From contig CAZUNO010000009.1 of assembly GCA_964621445.1 (NCBI GenBank), positions 35,263 to 99,262 on the forward strand: a stretch of 64,000 nt of DNA, read 5' to 3'. The position numbers and the translations under genes were made by a program. Shown piece by piece: positions 1 to 9,086 of this stretch. Below the pieces are notes generated by a model. It had not been told where the DNA came from. It worked only from the letters and a program-made list of their open reading frames with translations, and did not search any database. Positions within the stretch are counted from its first letter, which is position 1; every line of letters begins with the position of its first letter. Source of the stretch: Candidatus Hadarchaeota archaeon. Its GTDB lineage: Archaea > CAYQAE01 > CAYVLA01.

Positions 1-1
1 C

Positions 2-952
2 GAGGTCAAGTTCATAGATGATATTATGGGTCCGGCGGCCAGGAAGACAATATCGGAGTTGGAGAAAGGAGATGTACTACTCCTGGAAAACACCCGCTTC
101 CTGGCAGAGGAGACCCTTAACCGTGAACCCGAAGAGCACGCCAACAGCTTCCTGGTCAAGAAGTTACTGCCTCTTGCTGATATCTTCATCAATGACGCCT
201 TCTCTGCCGCTCACAGGTCCCATGCATCATTGGTTGGCTTTACTGTTGATTTGCCGAAAGCACTCGGTCTAACCATGGAAAGGGAGATATCCTCCATATC
301 CAAGGCCATGCAATCCCCCGAGAAGCCCTGCGTATACGTTCTGGGTGGTCTCAAGCCCGAGGAGGCATTCAATGTCATGCTTAACGGACTTGAAGGAGAG
401 AGCATAGACCAGGCTCTTACCTGTGGGGTCGTGGGAAGGATATGTCTCCGGGCCAAGGGAGTTGACACCGGACCGGAGGATGATAAGTTCTTCCAGAAGA
501 AAGGGTTCGACGATTTCGTCCCCGAGGCCAGGAAGATAATCGATAAATTCGGTGAAAAGGTCCTGACCCCCGTCGATGTCGGAGCCTTCAAGGACCAGCA
601 AAGGGTGGACATCGACGTCTCGGATCTGCCAACTGATCTGGAGATATTCGATATAGGTCCCGACACCGTTGACAAGTACGGCGATCTGATAGACTCTGCC
701 AGGACCGTGGTTATGAATGGCCCTGCCGGGGTCTACGAGGAGCCGAAATTCGGCCTGGGTACCGAGGGTCTATTGAAATCTATTTCGAATTCCGATGCCT
801 TCTCATTGATGGGCGGTGGCCATACCCTCAAGGCCATGGATAAGCTGGGCTTCTTCAAGGAGGACTTTTCCTATGTGAGTCTCGCCGGCGGGGCGTTGAT
901 AAGCTATCTAAGTGGCGAGAAAATGCCTGCAATTGAAGCGCTAAGAATATAG
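2..952 (+). CDS. pgk: Phosphoglycerate kinase (5' end lies outside the window)
   Basis: LLENTRF, FINDAFSAAHRSHASLVG, DIGPDT, NGPAGVYE, GGGHT and SLAGGA motifs; frame stays open to the window edge. Confidence 0.95.
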   Translation, partial: EVKFIDDIMGPAARKTISELEKGDVLLLENTRFLAEETLNREPEEHANSFLVKKLLPLADIFINDAFSAAHRSHASLVGFTVDLPKALGLTMEREISSISKAMQSPEKPCVYVLGGLKPEEAFNVMLNGLEGESIDQALTCGVVGRICLRAKGVDTGPEDDKFFQKKGFDDFVPEARKIIDKFGEKVLTPVDVGAFKDQQRVDIDVSDLPTDLEIFDIGPDTVDKYGDLIDSARTVVMNGPAGVYEEPKFGLGTEGLLKSISNSDAFSLMGGGHTLKAMDKLGFFKEDFSYVSLAGGALISYLSGEKMPAIEALRI

Positions 953-1025
953 AACCTTTGGAATTACCCGAAAGCTTTTCATATCGGAAAATACACAGTA
1001 CTTCTCTCCCTCCCGGAGGCCTTAT

Positions 1026-1958
1026 TTGTCCTCGCAGAACATTCTGGTGGAGTCACACGGACATAGGACGCCATTCTCTAAGGGTATTCTTGCACAGTCC
1101 CTAAAGGCGGCTGGAATAGACGAGGCATCAGCCAACCGTATAGCTAGGAATATTGAGGGCCATCTTCTAGAGGAGGAGAAGTACAAAGTTCAGCGTAGAG
1201 AGATAAGAAAACTCGCAGTGGAGCACATTGAGTCCCTCATAGGGGAGAGCGGGGCCGAGAAGTATTTGACCTGGCGTCAACTCCAGCATGGACGCGAGCC
1301 GATGGTCATTCTCATAAGCGGTGCCACAGGTGTAGGCAAGTCCACCACAGCAGCTCAGCTAGCCCATCGGCTGGGCATAATGCATGTGATAGGGACTGAT
1401 GCGGTGAGAGAGGTCATGAGAAAGATCATATCTCCCGATCTGATGCCCACTCTACACCTATCTTCCTACACGGCCTGGAAGGCGCTCAAGACACCTGGAA
1501 CCGGGGGAAAGGACTCCACTGTTGCAGGCTTTGAAAGGCATGCAAAATATGTTCTTGTAGGGGTTGAGGCGGTCATAGAGAGAGCCCTGAGAGAGGGGCT
1601 CAGCATAATTATCGAGGGAGTGCACCTGGTACCGGGTTTCATACGTAAGGAGATAATGAACCGGCCCAACGTCGTATTGGTCGTTGTCACTGCCAGCGGG
1701 GAGGAGCAGCACCGGAGTCGCATGTATACAAGGTCCGAGTCGATAGCCACCAAGCGACCCGTTGATAGCTATATAAAGGAGTTCTCCAGGATCCGCACTA
1801 TTCAGAACTATGTGGTAAAAAGGGCAAAGGAAAAGGACCTCCTAATCATCCAAAACGACGCAATAGAGGAGACCATCGACAAGGTATTCGAAGAGGTAAT
1901 GAGCCGAGCTAGAAAGATAGTCTTCGACAAGAAAACAAATGAAAAGGAAGAGGACTAG
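1026..1958 (+). CDS. 2-phosphoglycerate kinase with N-terminal ATP-cone
   Basis: PFSKGILAQSL ATP-cone start; Walker A GATGVGKST; IGTDAVREVMR, LHLSSY and IIEGVHLVPG motifs of archaeal 2-PGK. Confidence 0.85.
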   Translation: MSSQNILVESHGHRTPFSKGILAQSLKAAGIDEASANRIARNIEGHLLEEEKYKVQRREIRKLAVEHIESLIGESGAEKYLTWRQLQHGREPMVILISGATGVGKSTTAAQLAHRLGIMHVIGTDAVREVMRKIISPDLMPTLHLSSYTAWKALKTPGTGGKDSTVAGFERHAKYVLVGVEAVIERALREGLSIIIEGVHLVPGFIRKEIMNRPNVVLVVVTASGEEQHRSRMYTRSESIATKRPVDSYIKEFSRIRTIQNYVVKRAKEKDLLIIQNDAIEETIDKVFEEVMSRARKIVFDKKTNEKEED

Positions 1959-2695
1959 ACGAGCTCCTCTTCTACCAGATCCGGCTCCTCCGGACGCAGA
2001 CCTTCCAGACCCTCTTCACCCTCAAGGCCTTCAACGCCTTCAATGGCTTCGCCCGGCTCGATTCCAAGGAGAGCGGCTTCTGCAGCTGCCCTTTCCCTGG
2101 CTTCCTCCTTCTTCCTTCGGGCCTCACGTTCCTCTTCCAGCTTCTCAAGTTCTGCTATTCTATCCAGCTTGGATTCGTCAACTTCCACGTACTCGATATC
2201 GCTGTGGCAAGGCATGGGGAGCTTCATTCTGGCCCTTCTGAGGGATTCGCGTGCTATGGATTCCTTATTCTCATAAACCCATACCGACATTAGCGGTTGT
2301 CCCTTCTGGACCCTTGCCGCACATCCAACGGGTCTGCCGAAGGAACCTCTCATTCCCGTCTGATATCTATCGGCTCCGGCCCCCGTGGCCATGGAGTTCT
2401 CCCTCAGTATGTGATGTGGATAGACCCTTATTTTGAGATGGTAGCCCCACTTCTCGGTTGCCTTCATTAGGTACCTGTTGGCCATTACCCTTGATGCCTC
2501 GAGGGAGTTATGCCGGACTTGACCCATTTCATCGGCGTACAGCGTTGCCTTTACGGGAAACTTCGCGGTTCTTGCCCCCATATCGAAGGTCACTATCTTC
2601 TTTCCGGGAATCCCGCTTATATACTCCTTTTTGGTATAGGGCCTTCCCTTCAACTGTCTATAGCATCTATTGGGTCTTACTGGCATGAACATCAA
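1955..2695 (-). CDS. rpl10e: 50S ribosomal protein L10e (uL16) with acidic C-terminal extension
   Basis: RHNSLEASRV, YPHHILREN, GAGADRYQTGMRGSFGRPVG; start may be ATG 2686. Confidence 0.95.
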   Translation of the reverse strand: MMFMPVRPNRCYRQLKGRPYTKKEYISGIPGKKIVTFDMGARTAKFPVKATLYADEMGQVRHNSLEASRVMANRYLMKATEKWGYHLKIRVYPHHILRENSMATGAGADRYQTGMRGSFGRPVGCAARVQKGQPLMSVWVYENKESIARESLRRARMKLPMPCHSDIEYVEVDESKLDRIAELEKLEEEREARRKKEEARERAAAEAALLGIEPGEAIEGVEGLEGEEGLEGLRPEEPDLVEEELV

Positions 2696-2780
2696 CTCGA
2701 TGAAATTATTCCCTAAACTACGGCCGGAAGCAAAGGTAGGTTTTCGCCATTTTAAATATTTTCACATCCAGGCCAGGTTT

Positions 2781-3959
2781 CTAATTGGGCAGGTCCCTCT
2801 GGGAGAGTATCTTCAAATCAGGCGGCTTCTTGGTGACGTTTCCTATCTTCGCACCCACAACATACCTTACATTAGCGACCGATCCAACGTCGATCAGCCT
2901 CTGGGTGACGATCCCGTCAAGGATAACCGCCATTACCCCTTCTGAGCCCTTGAAGGTGGAGATGAGCTTGGAGACGTCGACCTCGGCCATTACATCAAGT
3001 TCCTTGTCTAGGAGCTTGGCCTTTCGGGAACCCTGTATCTCGTTGAATACCTCACTGAACTTCTTCATCTCGGAGCTATCTTCCCTTTTCTTCTTTTTAC
3101 GCTGCTGGAAGTATTGATCTACTGAAATCCTGTTCTTAAGGTATTCGATTATCTGCTTTCTACTCATATCCTCGACGCTTTCTCCAGGAGGACCCTGGGC
3201 CACGTACGAGATGTCGGCAACCTGGAAGAGCTCCCTGAGAATGAGTTCTCCTCCCCTGTCTCCATCCACGAAAGCTATGGTCGTCTTCTTCTTCGACAGA
3301 TTGGCTATCGACTTGGGAATGTTCGTCCCCTCTACCGCTATGCAGTTCTTGACTCCGGCCTTCAAAAGATTTAGAATATCCGCTCGGCCCTCCACGATTA
3401 TCAGGGAGTCGGAATCCTTTATCCCGGGGCCGGCCGGGAGCTTCTCTCGGCCATACTTGGTTATCTCCCCCACCTCAAAGGACTGCTTTAGCTCGCTGCT
3501 AATCTCAGAGGTATCTATGGTGACGTCCTCGAATAGGGTGTTCAGAATCTGTTTGGCCCTTTCAACCAGAACTCTCCTCTTCGCCGCCCTGACGTCCTCG
3601 ATCCTGAGCACATTTATCCGCGCCTCGCAGGGACCGACCCTGTCCACCGTCTCCAGAGATGCGGCTAGAATTGCCGTATCTATCTTATCCAGGCTACTCG
3701 GAAGTCTAATAACCCCGGTAGAACGGCCGCCTCTGGACTTTATCTCCGCCTCGATTCTTCCTATCCTGCCCGTCTTTAGCAGTTCCCTGAGATCCAGATC
3801 ATCCCCGAGCAAGCCCTCGGTCTGGCCGAAAATGGCACCTATGACATCGGGTCTCTCAACAACGCCATCGGTCTCTATCTGCGCATAGATTTCGTACTTA
3901 GTCGTCGACTCTGCTTGATCCTCGATATTCTTCTTATTCTTCTTATTCTTCTTTGACAT
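2781..3959 (-). CDS. dnaG: Archaeal DnaG (primase-like, exosome-associated)
   Basis: DGVVERPDVIGAIFGQTEGLLG, TOPRIM IIVEGRADILNL and FVDGDRGG, C-terminal LDGIVTQRL. Confidence 0.95.
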   Translation of the reverse strand: MSKKNKKNKKNIEDQAESTTKYEIYAQIETDGVVERPDVIGAIFGQTEGLLGDDLDLRELLKTGRIGRIEAEIKSRGGRSTGVIRLPSSLDKIDTAILAASLETVDRVGPCEARINVLRIEDVRAAKRRVLVERAKQILNTLFEDVTIDTSEISSELKQSFEVGEITKYGREKLPAGPGIKDSDSLIIVEGRADILNLLKAGVKNCIAVEGTNIPKSIANLSKKKTTIAFVDGDRGGELILRELFQVADISYVAQGPPGESVEDMSRKQIIEYLKNRISVDQYFQQRKKKKREDSSEMKKFSEVFNEIQGSRKAKLLDKELDVMAEVDVSKLISTFKGSEGVMAVILDGIVTQRLIDVGSVANVRYVVGAKIGNVTKKPPDLKILSQRDLPN

Positions 3960-4066
3960 GTGACCACCAAAATATCAACACAATTTACATTACTGGACTC
4001 GAAATGCGAAAGGAAAAGTACAGTAACCCAGGATGAATTACCGACCACCTGTGGAATGAGCCACTA

Positions 4067-4345
4067 TCAGGACCCATCCGAGGGTAGATTTTCAATAACC
4101 CTATCAACTACATCTTCATTGATGTAGATTCGAACCAATTTTCTCCGACTTCTTCTACCACGTACAATCTCGATATTTTTTGTACCAAATACCTTGTAAA
4201 GGATCCCGAGCAGCTCCCTGTTTGCTTTTCCCTTCTTAGCGGGTGAAGTTACCTTGACCTTTATTTCATCCTCCTTTCTTTGAATCGATGAACGAGCTGA
4301 GTTTGGCGAAACTCTAACTCTTACGAGCTTTTCATTTCTTCCCAT
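4067..4345 (-). CDS. DUF167/UPF0235 (YggU-like) protein
   Basis: VRVSPNS...VKVTSPAKKGKANRELL...IVRGRRSRRK pattern. Confidence 0.85.
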   Translation of the reverse strand: MGRNEKLVRVRVSPNSARSSIQRKEDEIKVKVTSPAKKGKANRELLGILYKVFGTKNIEIVRGRRSRRKLVRIYINEDVVDRVIENLPSDGS

Positions 4346-4347
4346 GC

Positions 4348-4557
4348 TACTACGTCCGTTCCCCGCAAGGGGGGGGGGGGCGCCTGTAACCTTCTACACT
4401 AACTCCTGGGCTTCATCGTACGGGTTAATCCTCCCTCGACCCAGATGTCCTCGTGGAAGGATATATCGGCGCCTCCCTGTTGCTATGCGGGGTTGTCCGC
4501 CAGATCATCGTCTTAGGATTGACCAGTAACTCTCCGTGGGACCCAAACGTATAGCAA
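4348..4557 (-). ncRNA. Candidate two-hairpin box H/ACA guide sRNA / structured leader
   Basis: No credible ORF; begins about 25 nt after BRE-TATA; two closed hairpins each followed by ACA (4480-4478, 4387-4385); two CGAUGA K-turn-like motifs. Confidence 0.5.
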
Positions 4558-4576
4558 TATTACTATTGTTGCGTCC

Positions 4577-4593
4577 TATAAATAAGTTTTTCG
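4577..4593 (-). promoter_or_regulatory. BRE + TATA box for the sRNA/DUF167/dnaG transcript
   Basis: Minus strand CGAAAAACTTATTTATA. Confidence 0.6.
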
Positions 4594-4706
4594 TACGGAT
4601 AAAAACCGCGCCTTCGCGAAATCCATGAAACAGGCCTTGAGGAAATTCCGAGGACCGGCATTCAAATCGGGAGATATATATCAGAAATGCCCTTAGTAGA
4701 GTTCCA

Positions 4707-5294
4707 GTGTTAACAAAATCGGTTATCAGGCGAAAGCTGGTACTGCTAGCCCTGGGAATCTACATGATTGGATTCGCCCTCGGAGTGGCGATGAAGCTCA
4801 ACTATCCTGAAGCCGCCGGAATGATAGAGGACCAGATTTCAAGGATATCGGCCCAGTTCGAGGATATTGAGAGCCCGGTTAGGATCTACTCCAAGATACT
4901 TCTGCATAATCTGGCCGTTTGCGCCATAATGTCCTTTGCCGGCATAATATTCGCCCTTCCGCCCCTCTTCATTCTATTCATAAACGGTATTCCCCTTGGA
5001 ATCGTTCTCTCCGGGTCGGACAAACCCTTATGGGTATTTCTCACCGCCATACTACCTCACGGGGTATTTGAGCTATCGGCCACCTTCATTGCCGGTGCTT
5101 TGGGAATCCTATTGGGGGTCGACGCCTTCCAGCTGATTCAGAACTGGATGAAGGGAGAAGGAGAAGCCTCCACGAGGATACTTCTCTCCGACCTCAGGAA
5201 GATACTCAAGGCATTTGCCCTGGTAATAATCCTTCTGGCCGTTGCCGCCGGTGTTGAAACCTTTCTCTTCTTCTTTTATCGGGCCAGCGCGTAG
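4707..5294 (+). CDS. Stage II sporulation protein M-like (DUF95) membrane protein
   Basis: ILLHNL, LFINGIPLG, ILPHGVFEL and AAGVE motifs; several TM helices. Confidence 0.85.
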   Translation: MLTKSVIRRKLVLLALGIYMIGFALGVAMKLNYPEAAGMIEDQISRISAQFEDIESPVRIYSKILLHNLAVCAIMSFAGIIFALPPLFILFINGIPLGIVLSGSDKPLWVFLTAILPHGVFELSATFIAGALGILLGVDAFQLIQNWMKGEGEASTRILLSDLRKILKAFALVIILLAVAAGVETFLFFFYRASA

Positions 5295-5600
5295 TCACAT
5301 TAGCCAGGTGAAGTGAAACTTTATTTCACAGTTGGGGCAGGTATAGAAACCTCCCTCATACCTTACCTTCCGGTGTCCGCAGTTGGGGCAGAATCTTACC
5401 ATTATCTTGAGGTCCGCATCCCTCACATACCAGCCTGAACCGACCCTGAAGAAAAGGTCCTCTTCCTTGAGTACTTCCCTTAGTTCAGACGTCCTGTCCG
5501 ACTTCAAGCCGATGGCTTTTCTGAGATCCCCAAGACGCACCGGGTTCCTCTTTCTCCTGATGTAGGTCTCTGCCCTTTTCTTCAGACTATCTTTCTTCAC
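5295..5600 (-). CDS. Small wHTH-like protein with C-terminal Zn ribbon
   Basis: CPNC...CPNC pairs; basic helical N-terminus. Confidence 0.6.
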   Translation of the reverse strand: MKKDSLKKRAETYIRRKRNPVRLGDLRKAIGLKSDRTSELREVLKEEDLFFRVGSGWYVRDADLKIMVRFCPNCGHRKVRYEGGFYTCPNCEIKFHFTWLM

Positions 5601-5642
5601 GGAAATAGATGTAATGGACCCCTTATATCTTGATCGAAAATG

Positions 5643-5670
5643 AAAAAAACCAGGGCGGGTTACCGCCCTG
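5643..5670 (-). terminator. Hairpin + T-tract terminator of the BMP ABC operon
   Basis: Minus strand CAGGGCGG-TAAC-CCGCCCTG followed by GTTTTTTT, about 25 nt after the BMP stop. Confidence 0.7.
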
Positions 5671-5693
5671 AATGGTTGCTTTTAGTGCAGAGT

Positions 5694-6983
5694 TCACTCT
5701 AGACTTCCGACCACGTTGTCAGCGAGCCAATCTAGAGACCAAAGGGTCTGGATGCTAGCTCTCTTTCCTTCCTCTATCTTTAACTCGCCATTCTGGTCAT
5801 AGATGGGACCGGTGAATGGATCGAAGCCGACGTTGACGTCCTTCATCTGCTCAACCCTCTTCATGACCAGGTCATAGACGCTGATCTCGCCCAAAACCTC
5901 GTCATTCACCGTCACCGCCTTGAGGGCAGACTCGAACTTAGGATTGATGGGAGTGCCAAATTCTGCTCCCAGTTCGACTCCTCCCTCTGCCAGGAGCCAG
6001 TTATAGTCCCTAGCATCCCACGTATCGGTGTACAACCTCATGATGATCTGTTCGTACAATCTCTCCCAGTGTACCAGCTGACCGCTAACACACGAGTCTT
6101 CCCCGTACTCCTGCATCGGACTATAGTGGCTGAACGAGTATATCGTATTGCCAGAATCCGTGTTCTGTTCCGCAATCTGTACTATGGTTGGAGAATCCTC
6201 GGTGAAGGCGAACACGTCACACCCCTCGGCGATCAGAGCATTGGCGGCCTCGGTGGCCTTATCCGGATTGTACCAGTCCTTTATCCACCTTACATGGACA
6301 TCAGCCTCGGGGTTTACCTCCTTTGCTCCGATGGCAAACGCATTGATGTGTCGCTTGACCTCGGGTATCGGGAAGGCGCCCACATACGCCAATTTATTGC
6401 TCTCAGTGAGCGCTCCTGCCATCAGCCCATTCAGGTAGTAAAGCTGGTAGAAATCGGCAAAGTAGGTACCCAGATTCTCCCTGCGCTCATACCCGGAGCA
6501 GTGCATCAGTAGTTTATCAGGGTTATTTTCGGCGTATTCCACGGTGGGGACCATGAAATCGAAGCTCGTGGTGAACACCATGTCGCATTTCTCCTCATCG
6601 AAGAGTCGCCGTATTGCATCAAGGCAGTCAGCCTTGGCAACGTCCTCAACATACACAGTTTCCAGCCACGGGAACTTGTCCTCAACATGGAGACGCCCTT
6701 GCTCGTGGGCATGGGACCATCCGTAGTCTCCGATCGGCCCCACATAGATGAAGCCAACCTTGAGCTTTGCCGATTCCTTTAGAATATCGGGCGAAACTTC
6801 CGATATGGCATCCTTGATATCCTGTTCACCGGCCGTTTCCAGATATTGCTCGACATCGCTTTGGGTTACGTTCTCTGCACCCTTTCCAGGGGCCATGTAG
6901 TAGGCCACCCCGGCCGCAATTACTGCAACCACGATGGCCACTACCACATACCCAACATAATTTGTAGATTCAGAAGATTCCAC
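5694..6983 (-). CDS. BMP-family ABC transporter substrate-binding protein (nucleoside/purine type)
   Basis: KVGFIYVGPIGDYGWSHAHEQGR, AFPIPEVKRHINAFAIGA, WYNPDKA; N-terminal TM anchor. Confidence 0.9.
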   Translation of the reverse strand: MESSESTNYVGYVVVAIVVAVIAAGVAYYMAPGKGAENVTQSDVEQYLETAGEQDIKDAISEVSPDILKESAKLKVGFIYVGPIGDYGWSHAHEQGRLHVEDKFPWLETVYVEDVAKADCLDAIRRLFDEEKCDMVFTTSFDFMVPTVEYAENNPDKLLMHCSGYERRENLGTYFADFYQLYYLNGLMAGALTESNKLAYVGAFPIPEVKRHINAFAIGAKEVNPEADVHVRWIKDWYNPDKATEAANALIAEGCDVFAFTEDSPTIVQIAEQNTDSGNTIYSFSHYSPMQEYGEDSCVSGQLVHWERLYEQIIMRLYTDTWDARDYNWLLAEGGVELGAEFGTPINPKFESALKAVTVNDEVLGEISVYDLVMKRVEQMKDVNVGFDPFTGPIYDQNGELKIEEGKRASIQTLWSLDWLADNVVGSLE

Positions 6984-7068
6984 TCGGCCCTCTCCTATGG
7001 CGCTGTTCAGCGCCCAATTTGGACCAAACCCTTGTCATTGAAATAGATTTTGCCGCTTTCGGATCCCT

Positions 7069-7998
7069 TCACTGTTCCTCCCGGGAATAGGAAGTGGATA
7101 AAGCCCCAGGGGCACCCATCCGCTTTCTTATGGACTCCTTGGATATGATAACCAGGGTTATCATAGTCACCAGGTAAGGTAAGGCCTGGAGAAGGCTGGT
7201 GTGCACTCCAAGGGGCTGAAGTTTGTAGGGAAGGACGAAGAGAAGCCCGAACATGTAGGAAGCGGCTATTGCCCTCAGTGGTCGCCAAAATGCGAAGATG
7301 GTTAGCGCTATCACAATCCACCCCCTCCCACCGCTCATCCCCTGAGTCCAGGAGGGCACGTAGGCCAGGGAGAGGTAGGCACCCGCCAGTCCGGCCAAAA
7401 GTCCGCCTATGTATACGCTTAGATGTCGAACCCTGTATACGTTGATCCCTGAAACGTCTGCCGCGGCGGGATTCTCCCCACATGATCTGATATTTAGACC
7501 CAATCTGGTTCGAAAGAGGACAAACCACCCCAGCACTGCAATAATTAGCGAGAGGTAGACCAAGGGATCCTGGTTAAATAGAATCTTGCCCAGTATGGGT
7601 ATCCTGGAAAGTAGGGGTATCTCCAAGGGGTCCAGGGTAGCCCCCGGGGGTTTTCCAACATAGCTCTTGCCAAGCAGGCCACTGATGCCTAGGCCCAGCA
7701 TGGTCAACGCCAGGCCGGATACAACTTGATTTGCCCTAAGGTTTACAGTGGCCACGCTGTGAACGAGGGAAAGGGCGCCACCAGCGAGTGCTGCAGCGAT
7801 TAGTCCTAGCCATGGATTTCCAGTGGACAGACATACCCCAAAAGCAACTACCGCACCCATGCTCATCATGCCCTCAACGCCCAGGTTCAATATTCCCGAT
7901 CTCTCGGCATAAATCTCCCCTAGCGTCCCCAGAAGCAAAGGAGTGCCGTAGATGATCATTCTTCGGAGAGTGAATATGGCCTCCTCTTCGAAAGTCAA
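7069..7998 (-). CDS. ABC transporter permease (BPD_transp_2, nucleoside type)
   Basis: ERSGILNLGVEGMM, GENPAAADVSGINV, GRGWIVIAL. Confidence 0.9.
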   Translation of the reverse strand: MTFEEEAIFTLRRMIIYGTPLLLGTLGEIYAERSGILNLGVEGMMSMGAVVAFGVCLSTGNPWLGLIAAALAGGALSLVHSVATVNLRANQVVSGLALTMLGLGISGLLGKSYVGKPPGATLDPLEIPLLSRIPILGKILFNQDPLVYLSLIIAVLGWFVLFRTRLGLNIRSCGENPAAADVSGINVYRVRHLSVYIGGLLAGLAGAYLSLAYVPSWTQGMSGGRGWIVIALTIFAFWRPLRAIAASYMFGLLFVLPYKLQPLGVHTSLLQALPYLVTMITLVIISKESIRKRMGAPGALSTSYSREEQ

Positions 7999-9086
7999 CC
8001 TCTCCCCTCCCTTTCGATCTTGATCTCGTACTTCCTGAGAATCTCCGTTGAAACCAAAAGTAGAAGTATCAGCCCCATGAATATGTCTATTGACGCCGCC
8101 GGGACTCCTCCCGTCCTAACCGCATTACCCCCTACCAGCAGGCCGGAAACAAATATGGAGGACACCACCACACCGAGCGGATTAAGCCTGGCCAGCCAGG
8201 CCACTATAATGGCCGTAAAACCATACCCGGCAGAGATATCCAGGGGGTAAGAAAGCTTTCCGTGAACTCCGGCGACCTCTCCCACCCCCGCCAGTCCCGC
8301 GAGGCCACCGCTAATCAGCCCGATAATGATCAGGGTCTTGGCATAGCTGATGCCAGCGTATTTACCGGCCTTTGGATTCTCCCCTGTAACCTTGATCTCA
8401 TAACCCGACCTCGTCCTGGATAGGAAGAAGTAGAGACCCAGCGAGGCAACGATGGCCATAATCAGTGTTGGATAGGCGATCCTGGTTCCTGGAAGAAGAG
8501 GAACCCTAGCCGCCTGTACAAAGGGGTCCGTGTAGGGGTAGCCGTGTTGGGTTGGGCCCTTCCAGGGACCGTCCACCAGATAGGTCACGAAGTATATGGC
8601 CACATAATTGAGCATGAGAGTGGTGATAACCTCGTTAACCTTCAACTTGGCCCTGAGCAGGGCGGGTATCATACACCACGCGGCACCGAGCAGGGACCCC
8701 AGGGCAAACATTGCAGGGAGCAGGACCCAGGACGGCGTCTCCTGAAAAGACAAAGCCAGCCAGGTGGCACCCGCGGCACCCGCGAGTATCTGACCCTCGG
8801 CCCCGATATTCCAGAACACGGCGCGAAAGGCGATGGCCAGGCCTGCCCCACATAGCATCAGGGGGATGGCCTTCCTCATTATCTCCTTCCAACCACTCAG
8901 GCTACCGAAGGACCCTAGCAGAATCCTCTCGTAGGCAAAGATGGGGCTGACCCCTATCAGGGAGAAGAAGAGCCCGCCCAGTATTATGCCCAATATGATC
9001 ATGGAAACGGTAACCAGGAACCCCTTGCTACCTAGTTCCTCTTTCCGTCTCCTTATTCTAATCCTGGGAAGCCAACCCATAACCAT
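7995..9086 (-). CDS. ABC transporter permease (nucleoside type)
   Basis: WNIGAEGQ, NEVITTLMLNY, GENPKAGKYAGI, GYGFTAIIVAWL. Confidence 0.9.
   Translation of the reverse strand: MVMGWLPRIRIRRRKEELGSKGFLVTVSMIILGIILGGLFFSLIGVSPIFAYERILLGSFGSLSGWKEIMRKAIPLMLCGAGLAIAFRAVFWNIGAEGQILAGAAGATWLALSFQETPSWVLLPAMFALGSLLGAAWCMIPALLRAKLKVNEVITTLMLNYVAIYFVTYLVDGPWKGPTQHGYPYTDPFVQAARVPLLPGTRIAYPTLIMAIVASLGLYFFLSRTRSGYEIKVTGENPKAGKYAGISYAKTLIIIGLISGGLAGLAGVGEVAGVHGKLSYPLDISAGYGFTAIIVAWLARLNPLGVVVSSIFVSGLLVGGNAVRTGGVPAASIDIFMGLILLLLVSTEILRKYEIKIEREGRG

Noticed and set aside
4369-4380. G12 run as a phase-variation tract
   Set aside because: Non-coding, explained by two adjacent GC stems; length may be a homopolymer error
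4348-4557. SRP RNA or RNase P RNA
   Set aside because: Lacks the SRP helix-8 GGAA/AGCAG motif and the RNase P GAGGAANNUCC and ACAGAA..GGCUUA motifs
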